NCBI GenBank assembly: GCA_964035545.1
Contig: OZ037767.1
Span: 32,256,628 to 32,320,627 of the forward strand
Length of the DNA stretch: 64,000 nucleotides
Source: Bugula neritina
Lineage: Eukaryota; Animalia; Bryozoa
Direction of reading: 5' to 3'
Shown here one piece after another: positions 15,301 to 27,900 of the stretch. Positions within the stretch are counted from its first letter, which is position 1. Every line of letters starts with the position of its first letter. Position numbers and translations under genes: made by a program. The notes under the pieces were generated by a model. It ran no database searches, had not been told where the DNA came from, and saw only the letters and a program-made list of their open reading frames with translations.

Positions 15301-18300
15301 CAGAGAGTAGTTACTGCTGAGAGTAGTCACTGCAGAGAGCAGAGTAGTCACTGCAGAGAGTAGAGTAGTCACTGCAGAGAGTAGAGTAGTAACTGCAGAG
15401 AGTAGTAACTGCAGAGAGTAGTAACTGCAGAGAGTAGTCACTGCAGAGAGCAGTCACTGCAGAGAGTAGTTACTGCTGAGAGTAGTCACTGCAGAGAGCA
15501 GAGTAGTCACTGCAGAGAGTAGAGTAGTCACTGCAGAGAGTAGAGTAGTAACTGCAGAGAGTAGTAACTGCAGAGAGTAGTAACTGCAGAGAGTAGTCAC
15601 TGCAGAGAGCAGAGTAGTCACTGCAGAGAGTAGAGTAGTAACTGCAGAGAGTAGAGTAGTCACTGCAGAGAGTAGTCACTGCAGAGAGTAGAGTAGTAAC
15701 TGCAGAGAGTAGTTACTGCAGAGAGTAGTTACTGCAGAGAGTAGTCACTGCAGAGAGTAGTTACTGCAGAGAGTAGTCATTGCAGAGAGTAGTAACTGCA
15801 GAGAGCAGACTAGTCACTGCTGAGAGTAGTCACTGCAGAGAGCAGAGTAGTCACTGCAGAGAGTAGTAACTGCAGAGAGTAGTCACTGCAGAGAGTAGTC
15901 ACTGCAGAGAGTAGAATAACTGGTAACTCATCTAGTTATTATATACTCAAAGTTAGAACACGGCAGCTAGTAAACTCCACCCACACACAAACATGTTAGT
16001 CTTATTATGTAACAGAGACAAACACTGAGCAGCGGACACTAGGGTTATCTTCCCTTACATCACACACACATCTCTACTGTTATATCAATAGAGCAATGTA
16101 GCATTAGAGAGTAGAGATAGTGTGATGTGAAAGTAGACAAATCACACAGTAACATTGCAAGGTAAGAAGGTTCACCCAATTCTCGTCACCACTATACTTA
16201 CTCTGCTCATTTCGATCTAAAAATTTACTTTAAAATATTAGCTGTAGAAATGGCCACAAACAACGTGTCACCATTTGCTGATATAAAGTCACTCTTATAC
16301 CTGATATATCAGACACCTCTTATACCTGATATATCAGACACCTCTTATACCTGATATATCAGACACATGTTATACCTGATATATCAGACACATCTAATAG
16401 CTGATATATCAGACACATCTTATACCTGATATATTAGACACATCTTATACCTGATATATCAGACACATCTTATACCTGATATATCAGACACATGTTATAC
16501 CTGATATATCAGACACACCTTATACCTGATATATCAGACACATCTTATAGCTGATATATCAGACACTTCTTATACCTGATATATCAGACACATCTTATAG
16601 CTGATATATCAGACACATCTTATACCTGATATATCAGACACATCTTATACCTGATATATCAGACACATCTTATAGCTGATATATCAGACACATGTTATAC
16701 CTGATATATCAGACACATCTTATACCTGATATATTAGACACATCTTATAGCTGATATATCAGACACATGTTATACCTGATATATCAGACACATCTAATAG
16801 CTGATATATCAGACACATCTTATAGCTGATACATCAGACACATGTTATACCTGATACATCAGACACATCTTATACCTGATATATCAGACACATCTTATAC
16901 CTGATATATCCGACACATCTTATACCTGATATATCAGACACATCTTATACCTGATATATCAGACACATCTTATACCTGATATATCAGACACATCTTATAC
17001 CTGATATATCCGACACTTCTTATACCTGATGGAACAGATACTTGTTAGAATGTAGAGCTGAATGAAGAGCATTTACCAGGCTGTAAGACTAACATCTACC
17101 AAACTAATGAGCGTAGTGAGAGATGATGCCTTCCCTAGGAGTGTAGGTAGTGAAAGTGTACAGGGGTGTAGGTAGTGAAAGTGTACAGGGGTGTAGGTAG
17201 TGAAAGTGTACATGGGTGTAGGTAGTGAAAGTGTACAGGGGTGTAGGTAGTGAGAGTGTACAGGGGTGTAGGTAGTGAAAGTGTACAGGGGTGTAGGTAG
17301 AGAGTGTACAGGAGTGTAGGTAGTGAAAGTGTACATGGGTGTAGGTAGTGAAAGTGTACATGGGTGTAGGTAGTGAGAGTGTACAGGGGTGTAGGTAGTG
17401 AAAGTGTACAGGGGTGTAGGCAGCGCCATGCTAATTGAGTTGAAGTGAATGTGATAACTGCCAAGGCAGCAGAAAATGCAAAAGGAAAAATAACTAAATA
17501 TTTTTGGTTTGTTACATACACTTAGTTCATTTTCATTTTCTCAAATAATATAGAACTATGTGTGAACAGTGTGTATACAATGCGTAGATAGTGTGTAGAC
17601 AGTGTGAAGACAGTGTGTATACAATGTGTAGATAGTGTGTAGATAGTGTGTAGATAGTGTGTAGACAGTGTGTAGACAGTGTGTAGACAGTGTGTAGATA
17701 GTGTGTATACAGTGTGTAGACAGTGTGTAGATAGTGTGTAGACAGTGTGTAGATAGTCTGTAGACAGTGTGTGTAGACAGTGTGTAGACGGGCTAACTTG
17801 TAGTAACTAAATCAATATCTGCACCAAACAGGGTGATGTCAAGTTATGTCAGCTATCAAAATGTCAAGCAGCATTAGCTTCAGTCACAGTGCTGCCTCTG
17901 TGATACAGTTAGCTGCCAGCATTGCAGCACATCTATGACTCAATCAGAGTGAATGCATTAAACCAAGTCATGTTAACATAGCACAGTGCAGTGTATAGTA
18001 TAGTATAGTATAGTGCATAGCACAGTATAGCACAGTATAACAGAGTATAGTGTTTAGCACATTATAACCGAGTATAGTGTATAGCACAGCATAGTGTATA
18101 GTATAGCATAGCATAGTGTATAGCACAGTATAGTGTATAGCACAGTATAGTGTATAGTACTGCATAGTGTATAGTGTATAGTACAGCATAGTGTATAGTA
18201 CAGCATAGTGTATAGTACAGCATAGTGTATAGTACAGCATAGTGTATAGCACAGTATAATGTATAGCACAGCATAGTGTATAGTATAGCACAGCATAGTG

Positions 18301-21300
18301 TATAGCACATATAGTAGTGCAGTGAGTATTATTAGATGATGTCAAGAGTGACTATATGCTGACATATCTAGGTCAGCATATAGAGGCTGCCGTACTCTGA
18401 TATTCTACCAACGCTGCACTTACTAACTAACCACCACGGAGGAATCATACAGTTATGTGGTTGTCATGACAACCACATAACTTCCTGTGAAATGTTGAGC
18501 TGCAAGCTCATCAGTGAAAAGTCAAGCCAACATTTCTACAGCAAATATTTCAAGGAGTTTACTTTGTTTAAACTTTTTATTAAAACTGGGGTATTTGAAT
18601 TTAATTTGCATATTTAATGTATTCCATCCAACACCAAGTAGGTACTCGTTCCCAGTTTAATTTCTTTTTCTAGAAAACAGAAGCATGAGAACGGCAAGAG
18701 GTGGAGCCATCTTAAACAGCCATGTTTGTTTTGCCTGCTTGTTTTAGCTTCATCATTCATCAACTTGCTTAGACAAAAAATATTTGCACAAACCTTGAAT
18801 TATTTATAAGCAGTACCAGCTATTGACTGTAAGTGGAAATGTTAGTGTGGGCCAACAACAACTAAAACACACAGCATGCTGGTAGTATGAAAGGTTGTAA
18901 TGTTATCATCATAATACTTCTGAAGGAAGCATAATGCTTCATAAGGAAAGGTATTTAAAAGTCAGCATCAATTAAACATCAATTAGCTGGGTCTGTTAAT
19001 AGAAAACACTGCTAATTACTGCAGTTAGACTTCTATTGAAAAGTTGAGTTGGAAATTTGTTTAGAATAAACCAGAAATATTTCTCCTTACAATAGACTCA
19101 CTTTATACCTTACAGTGTGCTGCCTGTATAGTACCTTACAGTGTGCTGCCTGTATAATACCTTACAGTGTGCTGCCTGTATAGTACCTTACAGTATGCTG
19201 CCTGTATAGTACCTTACAGTATGCTGCCTGTATAATACCTTACAGTGTGCTGCCTGTATAATACTCTATACCTTACAGTGTGCTGCCTGTATAATACCTT
19301 ACAGTGTGCTGCTTGTATAATACCTTACAGTGTGCTGCCTGTATAATACCTTACAGTATGCTGCCTGTATAATACCTTACAGTATGCTGCCTGTATAATA
19401 CCTTACAGTGTGCTGCCTGTATAATACCTTACAGTATGCTGCCTGTATAATACCTTACAGTATGCTGCCTGTATAATACCTTACAGTATGCTGCCTGTAT
19501 AATACTCTATACCTTACAGTGTGCTGCCTGTATAATACCTTACAGTGTGCTGCCTGTATAATACCTTACAGTATGCTGCCTGTATAATACTCTATACCTT
19601 ACAGTGTGCTGCCTGTATAATACCTTACAGTGTGCTGCCTGTATAATACCTTACAGTGTGCTGCCTGTATAATACCTTACAGTGTGCTGCCTGTATAATA
19701 CCTTACAGTGTGCTGCCTGTAATTAGTTATAAAAGCTGATATGAAGAAGTCATGTGCAGAACAGATGCTAAGAGCTGCTATATCTGTACTTTACACAACA
19801 TTGATTATTAAGCCCACAGAAATTGTATAAATGTGTAGCTGTAGTTATTATGTTATATACTGTAGTTATCATGTTATATACTGTAGTTATCATGTTATAC
19901 ACTGTAGTTATCATGTTATACACTGTAGTTATCATGTTATATAGCTGTAGTTATCATGTTATACACTGTAGTTATCATGTTATATAGCTGTAGTTATCAT
20001 GTTATATACTCTAGTTATCATGCTATATACTGTAGTTATCATGTTATACACTGTAGTTATCATGCTATATACTGTAGTTATCATGTTATTTGGCTGAAAT
20101 TTTTAAAGCTGTGTTCAATAAAATGATGCAACATATTGAATGTCTTTTTGTTTACAGAAAATTGAAATGTTTGACAAACACCATTCACTGGTGACTGGCA
20201 ATAAGGAAGTACAAATGCCAGAGTGCAGTGGATGTGAATTCTAAGGAACGGAAACATCAGTTGGATTTTCAGGAACTACTAGTAGATAAGGGGTGGTAGT
20301 GTGCACTGACAATAGATTAGAGTGTAGTGGGGAGATCAGGGTAGGATGGAAGTGTGTAGGGTAAGCTGGAGTATATAGCAGATGACGCAATAGGTTACAG
20401 CTATATGACTGAGTGAACAAGTATGTTAGTAACCCACAGCTGCATAGTTAGAGTGTAAACAACTAGTGATAACACCAGGAAATTTCTTGTTGAGTCAGTG
20501 TGGAGATGAATTTATAAGTTAATACGGCTATACGTGAACAGCTAGCTGCAGCAGAAAGTTGATTGCGTGATGTGACCTGTGTAACATAGCGTGTGACATG
20601 ACGTGACACAGGCTGCGACTAAAGAAGTGAAACACTTACCAACTGGTGTGAGACTACCCCCAGTGACTTTACTTATTGTGTTGCGTTCTGCAGACGTTCC
20701 TTCTCGGCAAATATACTTCAATACTTGGTTGGTTTTTAGTACAGTTTGGGACAACTCTATCCGTGGGCCTACGTCATTACCAGCTACAATACCATGTACT
20801 AGTAACTAGTACTAGTAACTACAGCGTGGTATAATACTAGTACTAGTAACTACATGTGATATACTACTAGTACTAGTAACTACATATGATATACTACTAG
20901 TACTAGTAACTACATGTGATATACTACTAGTACTAGTAACTACATGTGATATACTACTAGTACTAGTTACTACATGTGATATACTACTAGTACTAGTAAC
21001 TACATGTGATATACTACTAGTACTAGTTACTACATGTGATATACTACTAGTACTAGTTACTACAGTGTGATATACTACTAGTACTAGTAACTACATGTGA
21101 TATACTACTAGTACTAGTAACTAAATGTGATATACTACTAGTACTAGTAACTAAATGTGATATACTACTAGTACTAGTTACTAGTACTAGTAACTAGTAC
21201 TAGTAACTAAATGTGATATACTACTAGTACTAGTAACTACAGTGTGATATACTCACCAGGGTCCTTCACAATGAATGCAGATTTGATAACATAATTTGCT

Positions 21301-21383
21301 ATAGCAATATTCCTGTGTTCCCATGTGATGGTGGAGAGTAGTTGAATAAGGAGGATCACATGACCTCGTGTGTTTCTAAACAT
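5366..21383 (-). CDS. Ig-domain type I transmembrane receptor, paralog B (~564 aa; leader, three Ig-like domains, stalk, TM, ~150-aa Tyr-rich tail). Exons 21383-21257, 20783-20640, 9296-9141, 8101-7978, 7698-7490, 6784-6548, 6187-6032, 5907-5366
   Basis: All introns GT-AG with consistent phases; 1695 nt total. Leader [21 protein letters not shown]; domain 1 LKYIC...GGRYACSAY; central exons nearly identical to paralog A; [25 protein letters not shown]. Joining the two 5' exons across the 11.3-kb intron rests on phase and on completing domain 1. Confidence 0.82.
8238..9120. repeat. 23-bp minisatellite TATATTATACACTAGTATAGACG
   Basis: Tandem units filling a receptor B intron. Confidence 0.95.
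9308..9900. repeat. 33-37-bp minisatellite CTTACTCTCTCTACATACTGTACATATCTTACA
   Basis: Tandem units. Confidence 0.93.
10120..12833. mobile_element. Non-autonomous hAT-type fold-back element with ~430-bp imperfect inverted arms around a ~1.85-kb almost pure A/T core
   Basis: Perfect 25-bp TIR CAGTGTGGTATATTTAAGAGTGTTG / CAACACTCTTAAATATACCACACTG; 8-bp TSD CTCTCACC at 10112-10119 and 12834-12841; arms ~10120-10550 and ~12391-12833. Confidence 0.9.
13391..14205. repeat. 20-bp near-perfect minisatellite ACACAGTACACTAGAGTAGT (~40 copies)
   Basis: Directly visible. Confidence 0.97.
14386..15057. mobile_element. Probable MITE, ~670 bp (PIF/Harbinger-like ends)
   Basis: Imperfect TIR CCCCTCATTCACACTTACCG / CGGTAAGTGTGAATAGGGGGG, flanked by TAA and TTA; subterminal GTAACAGCAAA also mirrored. 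Confidence 0.6.
15195..15920. repeat. Minisatellite with short and long variants GTCACTGCAGAGAGTA(GAGTA)
   Basis: Tandem units. Confidence 0.93.
16295..17030. repeat. 25-bp minisatellite TATACCTGATATATCAGACACATCT (internal palindrome CTGATATATCAG)
   Basis: Tandem units. Confidence 0.95.
17140..18310. repeat. Three adjacent arrays: GTGTAGGTAGTGAAAGTGTACAGGG-type (17140-17420), AGTGTGTAGAC/T-type (17560-17790), TAGTACAGCATAGTGTA-type (17980-18310)
   Basis: Tandem units. Confidence 0.9.
19105..20090. repeat. 26-bp array ATACCTTACAGTGTGCTGCCTGTATA (19105-19720) and 21-bp array CTGTAGTTATCATGTTATATA (19840-20090)
   Basis: Tandem units. Confidence 0.92.
20800..21250. repeat. 30-bp minisatellite TACATGTGATATACTACTAGTACTAGTAAC filling an intron of receptor B
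   Basis: Tandem units between splice sites 20784 and 21256. Confidence 0.93.
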
Positions 21384-24300
21384 TTCCAGTTTTAGCTTTT
21401 ATCGGCAGCACAAAATCTTTGAGTCACCACCTGGGAGATAAAGTTACATAGTTACAAAGTTACACAGTTACAGAGTTACACAGTTACAGAGTTACACAGT
21501 TACAGAGTTACACAGTTACACAGTTACAGAGTTACACAGTTACAGAGTTACGCAGTTACACAGTTACATGTTAGAGCTACACAGTTACATAGTCAGGTTG
21601 TTAATCTTGATCTCAGACTTCAGTAAATGTAAAGATTAGGTGTTTCAAGTCCGCAAGTCACACTCACTCTCCCCAGCTGGGAACAACTACGAAGTCTAAT
21701 ACTTAATAGCATATAGATCGAGACTTTAATACTTATAATTATAGAGTTATACTTATACTAAAACTAATAGTAATACTTATACTAACAGCAACTGCAAATA
21801 ACTGTAGCTGTACGGTAAAACTCTCTAAGCTATCAGTATCAACTATGAGTAGGAGTAACTGAAATTGTATATTGACTAAGAATAAGCAATTAATATTATT
21901 TTGCCATCACTATGAGTACAACTATAAATATCACCATCAGATTCTGTTCAGTGTCACTGTGACTCTGAGTGCTTAATCTATAACTGTAACTGTAAGTGCA
22001 TAATTAAGCATCTGACTCTGCTTACAATCAGTACGAGTATCACTATCAGTATCAGTATGACTATCACTATGACTATGAGTATGAGTATGAGCATCACACT
22101 GAAAGCAACACTGTTACTGTCAGTATCAGTATCAATATGACTATGAGTATGACACTATCACTATAAGCGTTACTATTAGTAAATGTTTCTACTTTCTAGC
22201 CATTCACTTTCAGTCATTGAAAACATGAAGAATTACTGATTTTGAATAGTTTAACGTTAAGTTTAAGTTAAACTTTAGGTTGATATCAAATTTAATAGGA
22301 ATATGAATATAAATTATCATGATTATCTTCATATTGATATAGTCTTTATCGTATCATAATGATAATCATTATGATTGTGATTATATTTATTGCATTTGCT
22401 GCTACAGCAATGACTATCCGCATCACTATGAGTATGACGATGAGCATGGGATTGAGTCTACCTACTTGAACTACAACTACAAGATCAAGATGAAGTACAA
22501 CTTGAACACAGACTCAGTCTCATGATATCAGTATCAGTATGAGTATCACTATCGATATCAGTATCAGTCATACTAGTACAAATACTAATAGTAATACTAT
22601 TACTATTAGTATTAGTAAATCTATTACTAATAGATTTACTAATACTAATAGTAATAGTAATACTTTTATTGATTTAATAATAATATACAAAACGAAACTA
22701 ATTAAAGGAAGTGCAGTAGATAGTAAACGTAGTAGTTATATGAGTCACTGTCACTGTCAATCTAATAATTATTGTGAGTGATTCGATCTTTTCAACAAGG
22801 ACAATGAATATACTTATAGTATAATCATAATGCAATCGTATTGCTATTGGTAATCCCATATGAATATATGGGGAACAGACACTGAGCTGGTTAATAATTA
22901 TTATTGAGTTCATTGGGAATAGACGTCTTCAAGCCTGTGTTAAACCTTTTCTAGGACATCGGAATGGTGCTGACGACCATAGTAACAGCCTAACGGATTT
23001 TATAAACGATCATCAAATTAGCAGCTTTACACAAGAGAGGGGATATAACTTTGAATTATTGTCCTGCGTGTACAAAACTGACAGTAATAAAAATAGTTGA
23101 AACGTGAAAGCCCTATGTTTGATCCTTTGCTCAAAGTAATCTAGGCCGATCCTTAGATATGCATGCATGAAATATAAATATTACAATTATCCTGAAGCAT
23201 ATAATATAATATTATTATACTGCATGTGATCACAATGTGCTATTTAGAAGTTGTCCACTTATGTAGCAAATGCATAGTACGATTGTGTTGGTTTCATTGA
23301 ACTGTACATATTTAATAAATTTAGACATCATACTAAGTGCTACTATGCTAATAAATATATTACAATGCTTGATATTAAACCTGCATAGGCTATTATTGCT
23401 GAAAGAGTTTAGCAACTATGAACATCATAGAGGACCAGGCTGTTGTTTAACTAGTGATTATTATTATCCATGCATGTCACATCCGTTCAAACTTCAACGG
23501 TTTCAGATGTTCACATCTATAGATATACTGTATCTATTCTTGTAATTTAAATTATGCATAATAAAAAGCTGTTCAAAGTGTTACAATATAAAAAGATATA
23601 ATGAAATTGAATTTAGTTTACAGCGTTGAATATAGCAGCATATGAACCAACATATTCATGTATTTTACCTCCCTGCAGTATAATAACTAAGTTTGGCTAC
23701 TCGATCTCTCCAATAGTTTGAACTCCTTACAGTTTAAGATCATATTAAGTGCTGTTATTCCTATGCTTAGCAAAGGAGAAACACATGTTGGGACTGGAAG
23801 AATTAGTCTAATGGGGCAAGATGACCTCTAGGACCAGATGACCATAAATACTGGATACTTCAACACACTGGGTATATACATCATTGAGTTATATATTTAC
23901 GTTGCACATCGCACAGAGCAGGGTGCAAGACTATGTGTTGCTACCAGCCAACTGTACGCTCAGTGCATGTTGTTAATAATTAGAGAACATCTCTACCCCT
24001 TGCTGTCGTTTGTATTCCTGTATTACATGTTGATAGAATACTTTCATGTAGAAGCACTGGAGGTACAACTCCCAACTAGAGTACACAGCATCAAGATCTA
24101 GTATTATTCCTACACGACTACTTCCTTTACAGCTCAACAAGTATTGCATAATGTAGCCCAACCACAGTATATATTCTAAAAGTTTTAGCATTTCAAAACA
24201 TTGAAGCCCAAACTAACTTATAATTTTATGTTTGCAAAGCTTCATGCAGAATAACTCTGAACTTACTTCTTTCCAAATATCAACATGTATTATTCAATCT

Positions 24301-24619
24301 GTTGAGAAATGAGAGAAAACTTGCAAGCCCCTACGGAATGTAATCACTATATTGAAATATAATCGATATATTGAAATATAATCGCTATATTGAAATATAA
24401 TCACTATATTGAAATATAATCACTATATTGAAATATAATTGCTATATTGAAATATAATTGCTATATTGAAATATAATCGCTATCTTGAAATACTGTGAAG
24501 TGCCAAGTAAATATAAATAGAGATAAAACTGTTTACAGTTACACTTGTTATCACTTTGATGAGTGGAACTGCTACTAACTAATACCTATAGCAGCTTCCT
24601 CCTATTCCTATATAGAAGG

Positions 24620-24937
24620 GTGAGCTAAGAAAGGGAAGGTAGACTAAGGAAGGGTAGAGAAAACTTGGATACTAATATAAGGAAGGGAGGATAGGCTAAG
24701 GAAGGGTAGAGAAAACTTGGATACTAATATAAGGGAAGGGAGGATAGGCTAGGGAAGGGTAGAGAAAACTTGGATACTAATATAAGGAAGGGAGGATAGG
24801 CTAAGGAAGGGTAGAGAGAACTTGGATACTAATATAAGGAAGGGAGGATAGGCTAAGGAAGGGTAGAGAGAACTTGGATACTAATATAAGGAAGCGAGGT
24901 AGGCTAAGGAAGGGTAAAAAAACACGTAGATACTAAT
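24620..24937. repeat. ~58-bp purine-rich tandem repeat ending immediately before the TRIM-SH2 start codon
   Basis: Units GGCTAAGGAAGGGTAGAGAAAACTTGGATACTAATATAAGG...; the last degenerate copy reads GATACTAAT-ATG. Confidence 0.9.
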
Positions 24938-27900
24938 ATGGCGGACTGCCGATCACCAAAACTGTCTCTTAGTCAGCTGGCTGACTCATTCCTGTTGAAT
25001 ATTGAATGCTTCATATGCACAGAAGTGAAGGAATTGCGGCAGCTGCCATGTCAACACATGATGTGCTATGACTGTTTAGGTGGGTATGCAACACTAGACT
25101 ATAATATATCATAATAATTATACTAAGGATACCATTTCTAATTATATAAAAGTAGATCTCCCTGATTGTAATGCCTAATTAATATTGTACAATACGCCTT
25201 TGGATCTATTGCTGAACACAGTTCATTGGGCACACAATGCGAGTCAATCTGATTACCCATAATCCTTTTGTATTTCTTCTTCTAAGAAATGCGTTAACTC
25301 CACCTTCAGCTTTCATAACCTGGTGAGCACTGGAGACTGCAGCTACTAAGGGTGGTGCTCACTAAGTCCCATGCCAGTTTATACGTAGTACCAGTTCCAA
25401 GACATAAGTTGCTATATTCATTTTGTAATAAACAGTAACTGAAAAGTTAAATTGACTCTGATTCTTTAGTTGAGTTAATTTGTAGACATTAGAAGAATCA
25501 GCCATGTTTAGATGTTGATACACTGGTCTGGTGTGGTGTGGTCTGGTCTGGTCTGGTGTGCTGCATGCTCTGTCAAATTGATATCCCTAATAACCTAGCT
25601 TACCATAACAATTATTACCACCTTTGTGAGAATAAGCTGCTATAGGCGCATGTGGGCTAAAATATCCTAGGGCTAAAAGTGACTGGAATTACAAATCTTT
25701 CCAGTATTTTATGTACGTGAGGAGCTGTATTGTTGATTTACTAAAGCATTGGCATTTTTCACAGAAAAAGCCTTCAATTGAACACAAGCTATTCTACTGA
25801 TATATACTCCTGTTTCTAAGCAATAACTTGCCAAATTATTAGGTCAATCATATTTCAAACAAAAAAGTTAAAGACAGAACGTTTTCTGTTGTTTTACTTT
25901 TCACAGCTGGTAGTTAAAAGCTTTAACTCGAAGTAGTATAGTTTTATCTCGGCCACTCTACAACTTCATGGTCTCTACTTGCTGATAAGGAGCGTTGTAT
26001 GATACAGAAAACCTAATCCAGACCAGCCTGAGCAAAGGTAAACCTCCGTGCTGCTGCTATTGTAAGGAAAACATCACAGAGGAAGCTGCAGGTTACCCCA
26101 TCTGTAGACTAGCTGCCAATCTGCAAGAGGATGTTAAACAATTTCGGCAGGCTTTAGCCAATCACGATTCAGCAACAGGTGCAAAACTTTACCTATATAT
26201 TGACTCATGTCTGTTGAAGTTATGTAATCATCCACTGCAATAAATACTTTAACTATATGGACATGTCTGTTGAAGTTATGTAATCATCCACTGCAATAAA
26301 TACTTTAACTATATATGGACATGTCTGTTGAAGTTATGTATATCATCTACTGATGTATACTCCTGTTTCTAGCAGATGGAGAAGCGCCATGTCAAGGGTT
26401 CGACTGCAAAAGACTCATTGACTTTTACTGCCACAACTGCCACCTATGTCTATGCTACAAGTATGTTTGGTTATCCACACAAAACTTCTAAGTGCACATA
26501 ACTCCTAGGTGTACAAAATCTCTCTCTACACTTGGGCTTAAAATTTTCAAGACTTTAAAATTAATATCTGAAATAATAATAAGTGTCTCCTGAGATGAAA
26601 CACCTGTCGAGTCTATCAAAGAAATTACTTCTCAGTATTTTTAAAATAAATATATACGCATTGACTGAATAATATCTATAGAAGTGTAAATGTAAGTATA
26701 GGCGTAAGTGTAGGTGTAAGTGTAGACCTGTGTAAGTGTAGGTGTAAGTGTAGACCTGTGTAAGTGTAGGTGTAAGTGTAAACGAGTTAGTGAAAGTGCA
26801 AGTGTAAATAAACTTCATGTTTTCAATTGAAATACTGGTGTGAGGAGATGTGTATGATTATATGCTGTGTGCTAGAGTAAGAGATGTATAGTTATATGCT
26901 GTGTGCTAGAGTAGGAGATGTGTATGATTATATGCTGTGTGCTAGAGTAGGAGATGTGTATGGTTATATGCTGTGTGCTAGAGTAGGAGATGTGTATAGT
27001 TATATGCTGTGTGCTAGAGTAGGAGATGTGTATGGTTATATGCTGTGTGCTAGAGTAGATGTGTATGGTTATATGCTGTGTGCTAGAGTAGGAGATGTGT
27101 ATGGTTATATGCTGTGTGCTAGAGTAGGAGATGTGTATGGTTATATGCTGTGTGCTAGAGTAGGAGATGTGTATGGTTATATGCTGTGTGCTAGAGGAGA
27201 TGTGTATGGTTATATGCTGTGTGCTAGAGTAGGAGATGTGTATAGTTATATGCTGTGTGCTAGAGTAGGAGATGTGTATGGTTATATGCTGTGTGCTAGA
27301 GTAGATGTGTATGGTTATATGCTGTGTGCTAGAGGAGATGTGTATGGTTATATGCTGTGTGCTAGAGTAGGAGATGTGTATAGTTATATGCTGTGTGCTA
27401 GAGTAGGAGATGTGTATGGTTATATGCTGTGTGCTAGAGTAGATGTGTATGGTTATATGCTGTGTGCTAGAGGAGATGTGTATGATTATATGCTGTGTGC
27501 TAGAGCAGGAGATGTATAGTTATATGCTGTGTGCTAGAGTAGGAGATGTATAGTTATATGCTGTGTGCTAGAGGAGATGTGTATGGTTATATGCTGTGTG
27601 CTAGAGTAGATGTGTTGCACCTATATAATATTATACAAAAAATATTTATAGCTCCTCATTATAACCTCTATGTAATATGTCACGTTGTGTCATGTGACAT
27701 CATGTCATGTTATGTCACATAACGCCACGCCATATCCCAAGATGTCACATCTTGTTGCATGCAATGGTATATATAAAGAGTGTTTTTACCATGACAGCTT
27801 TTTGTACCTAAAATAACTATTATACTTGAACACTTCAACATCTGCTTTGATATGACATGCAGCTTTACTAACAGGTGCACCAAGACTTCCTGTGAAGTCA

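Noticed and set aside
1-21383. Naming the receptors as Alr, nectin, basigin or DSCAM orthologs
   Set aside because: Only generic Ig motifs are recognisable; orthology cannot be supported without searches.
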